NCBI GenBank assembly: GCA_003222535.1
Contig: QHWJ01000233.1
Coordinates: 13,736-77,735, forward strand
Direction: 5' to 3'
Origin: Acidobacteriota bacterium
Lineage (GTDB): Bacteria; Acidobacteriota; Vicinamibacteria; Vicinamibacterales; CAVVIG01
Length of the DNA stretch: 64,000 bases
Part shown: piece after piece, positions 62,401 through 64,000 of the stretch
Layout of the letters: each line of letters opens with the position of its first letter
Numbering within the stretch: position 1 is the first letter of the stretch
Notes under the pieces: generated by a model
What the model was told of the DNA's origin: nothing
Databases searched by the model: none
Seen by the model: only the letters and a program-made list of their open reading frames with translations
Position numbers and translations under genes: made by a program

Positions 62401-64000
62401 CTAGAAGATCAGCTTCAGCGCAAGCTGAATGTCCCGCGGAAGATTGTTCTGGGTCGTCACCTTCCCGAAGTCCACGTTCGTCGGGTCGGTGTTGGGGTTG
62501 CTGAACACCGCATTGTTGAACGCGTTCAAGAACTCGGCATGGAATTGCGCGCGGACGCGATCGGTCACGCGCACCCGCTTGACAACCGAAAGGTCCCACA
62601 GGTTGAGCGGCTGACCGCGGAGACCCGGAACGCGCGACGGGAAGTAGCGCAGGTTGTTCGCGAGGCGAATGCGGGGATCGAGCCGCTGCTTCGCGGGATC
62701 GTCGACCCCGTTGGTCTGCACGGCGGCGTCGTGGAAGTAGAAGCCGGAGATGTCGAACACCGCCTGGTTCGAATCGCCGGAGTAGTCGGTCTTCAGCCGG
62801 CTCAGGTCGCCGCCGAAGTAGATGTTGCGGTCGTGGAAGCTGACGGGCCGTCCGCTCTGGAACTGCCCGATGCCCTGCACGCTCCACCCGCCGATCAGCG
62901 CGTCGGCGAATCGGCCGGCGCCGCTGCCCCAGTGCTGCTCGCGTCCAAATGGCAGCTCCCAGATACCGCTGAGCACCAGCCGGTGCGGGACGTCGAACTC
63001 GGATAAGCGGTCTTCGTACTCGGTGTCGGTCGGGTTCAGCTTGAACACACGCTCGGTGAACTTCGACGCGGTGTACGCCGCGAGCAGCGAGTACCCGCGC
63101 GTGAACCGCCGCTCCACTTTCACCTGCGCCGAGTCGTACCGGCTCGTGCCGTTGTCGTCGTACGTGCGGAGGTTGCCGAACTGCGGAAACGGACGCAGGA
63201 GCTGCTGCCGCGCGATGGTGGCGCCGTTGAACGTGGTGCCCGGCATCAGACCGCGAAACGGATTTGGCACGAGCGCGGTCAGGAAGTCGATCGCCGCTTG
63301 ATCGCGCTGGCGGCTGGTGGACAGGTACTGCGCCGGCACGCCGTTGAGATCGATTTCCCCCGCCTGATTGCCGCCGCCCGTGGTGAGGTTGAAGCCGCGG
63401 CTGCCGGCGTAGCCCGCTTCGACCAGCCACTGACCCACCAGCTCACGCTGCACGCTGAGCATGTAGCGCATGTTCTGCGCGTTGCGATAGTCGAGCGGCA
63501 CGAACCGCGTGCCGTTGGCGTTGTTCAGATCCTGGCCGAGAAACGTATCGGCGCCGCGCGACGAGCCCGAGGGGTCCTGCGCGCCGTCGGGGAACGGACT
63601 AGAAAGCGTCCCTCGGAAGGTCAGGCCGTTGTCCAGCGTCGGCACCAGCGTGGTCGTCTGCGAAAAGCCGGGCTGGAAGTTGCCCGCGATGACGAACGGC
63701 ACGGTGTACAGGCCCACGCCGCCGCGGACGACGGTCGAGTCGTTCAGTTGATATGCGAGGCCGGCGCGCGGCTCGACGTTGTTCTTGTCGGGATTCCAGA
63801 AGCCGGGGTTGCTGGCGGACGCGAACTGCAAACCGCCGAGCGCCGTGAACGCCGAAGGCGCCAGCTCCGGAATCGGATTGGCCGCATAGGCGGCGCGAGC
63901 CGCCGCCGCAATCGTCGAGACCGCCGTCGGATCGAACCCGCGCACGTTCCGGTTGTCCGCATCCGTCGTCGCGCCTTCGTATTCGTACCGCACGCCGAGG
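62401..64000 (-). CDS. TonB-dependent receptor, C-terminal ~530 residues (partial; N-terminus beyond the window end)
   Basis: Beta-barrel repeats and C-terminal ...IQLALKLIF. The listed Met at 63993 is internal, and the frame stays open to the window edge. Confidence 0.88.
   Translation of the reverse strand, partial: LGVRYEYEGATTDADNRNVRGFDPTAVSTIAAAARAAYAANPIPELAPSAFTALGGLQFASASNPGFWNPDKNNVEPRAGLAYQLNDSTVVRGGVGLYTVPFVIAGNFQPGFSQTTTLVPTLDNGLTFRGTLSSPFPDGAQDPSGSSRGADTFLGQDLNNANGTRFVPLDYRNAQNMRYMLSVQRELVGQWLVEAGYAGSRGFNLTTGGGNQAGEIDLNGVPAQYLSTSRQRDQAAIDFLTALVPNPFRGLMPGTTFNGATIARQQLLRPFPQFGNLRTYDDNGTSRYDSAQVKVERRFTRGYSLLAAYTASKFTERVFKLNPTDTEYEDRLSEFDVPHRLVLSGIWELPFGREQHWGSGAGRFADALIGGWSVQGIGQFQSGRPVSFHDRNIYFGGDLSRLKTDYSGDSNQAVFDISGFYFHDAAVQTNGVDDPAKQRLDPRIRLANNLRYFPSRVPGLRGQPLNLWDLSVVKRVRVTDRVRAQFHAEFLNAFNNAVFSNPNTDPTNVDFGKVTTQNNLPRDIQLALKLIF

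Noticed and set aside
62766-62775. GGTTCGAATC, a tRNA T-arm-like string.
   Set aside because: It lies inside the TonB-dependent receptor coding frame. No acceptor or anticodon stems can be drawn around it.

Overview
High-GC bacterial chromosomal window. It is most likely Acidobacteriota; this is inferred from CarboxypepD_reg-type TonB-dependent receptors, an acidobacterial-style VWA protein and the repeat landscape. I support about 55 protein-coding genes and found no rRNA, tRNA, CRISPR array, transposase, integrase or recognisable defence genes.

Gene content, left to right:
- a cytochrome-c/PHM-like protein
- a split, divergently transcribed CheR-PAS / CheB pair plus a receiver-zinc-ribbon protein
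- a SYLF protein
- a secreted LPRTAS-tailed protein + VWA protein + sortase locus
- an OMP, lepB, an acyl-CoA synthetase, a PilZ protein, a cyclase and purA
- hutH-hutU plus a coupled ATPase
- a DUF2007-fused rnc, a HAMP-PP2C phosphatase and a Cys/Met PLP enzyme
- dedA, cutA, ftsB and nhaA
- a roughly 30-kb sugar island (30.1-64 kb)

The sugar island holds a two-subunit UxaA/SuyAB-like dehydratase and a non-phosphorylative L-fucose-type operon: SDR, mutarotase, Gfo/Idh/MocA, lutABC, an amidohydrolase-2 lactonase-like gene, an ABC transporter and L-fuconate dehydratase. It continues with an OYE-like flavoenzyme, two TonB-dependent receptors, a GH29 fucosidase, and a lacI-galK-galT-alpha-galactosidase-MFS-ManD-isomerase operon.

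Main findings:
1. A sortase / VWA / LPxTA-substrate locus in a presumably diderm organism.
2. A dense collection of hairpins built from tandem 7-8-nt units, REP-like GTCCGGCTGAAGCCGGAC hairpins and a roughly 280-bp MITE family. These repeats sit at gene ends. They also lie in frame inside genes (hutH, PP2C, acyl-CoA synthetase, MFS, lutC), and they supply stop codons, start codons and Shine-Dalgarno-like sequences.
3. A 16-bp palindromic operator (ACTTTACCGGTAAAGT) that links three promoters into a putative LacI regulon.

All calls come from reading the sequence and ORF translations by eye. No searches were run, and repeat coordinates are accurate to only a few nucleotides.
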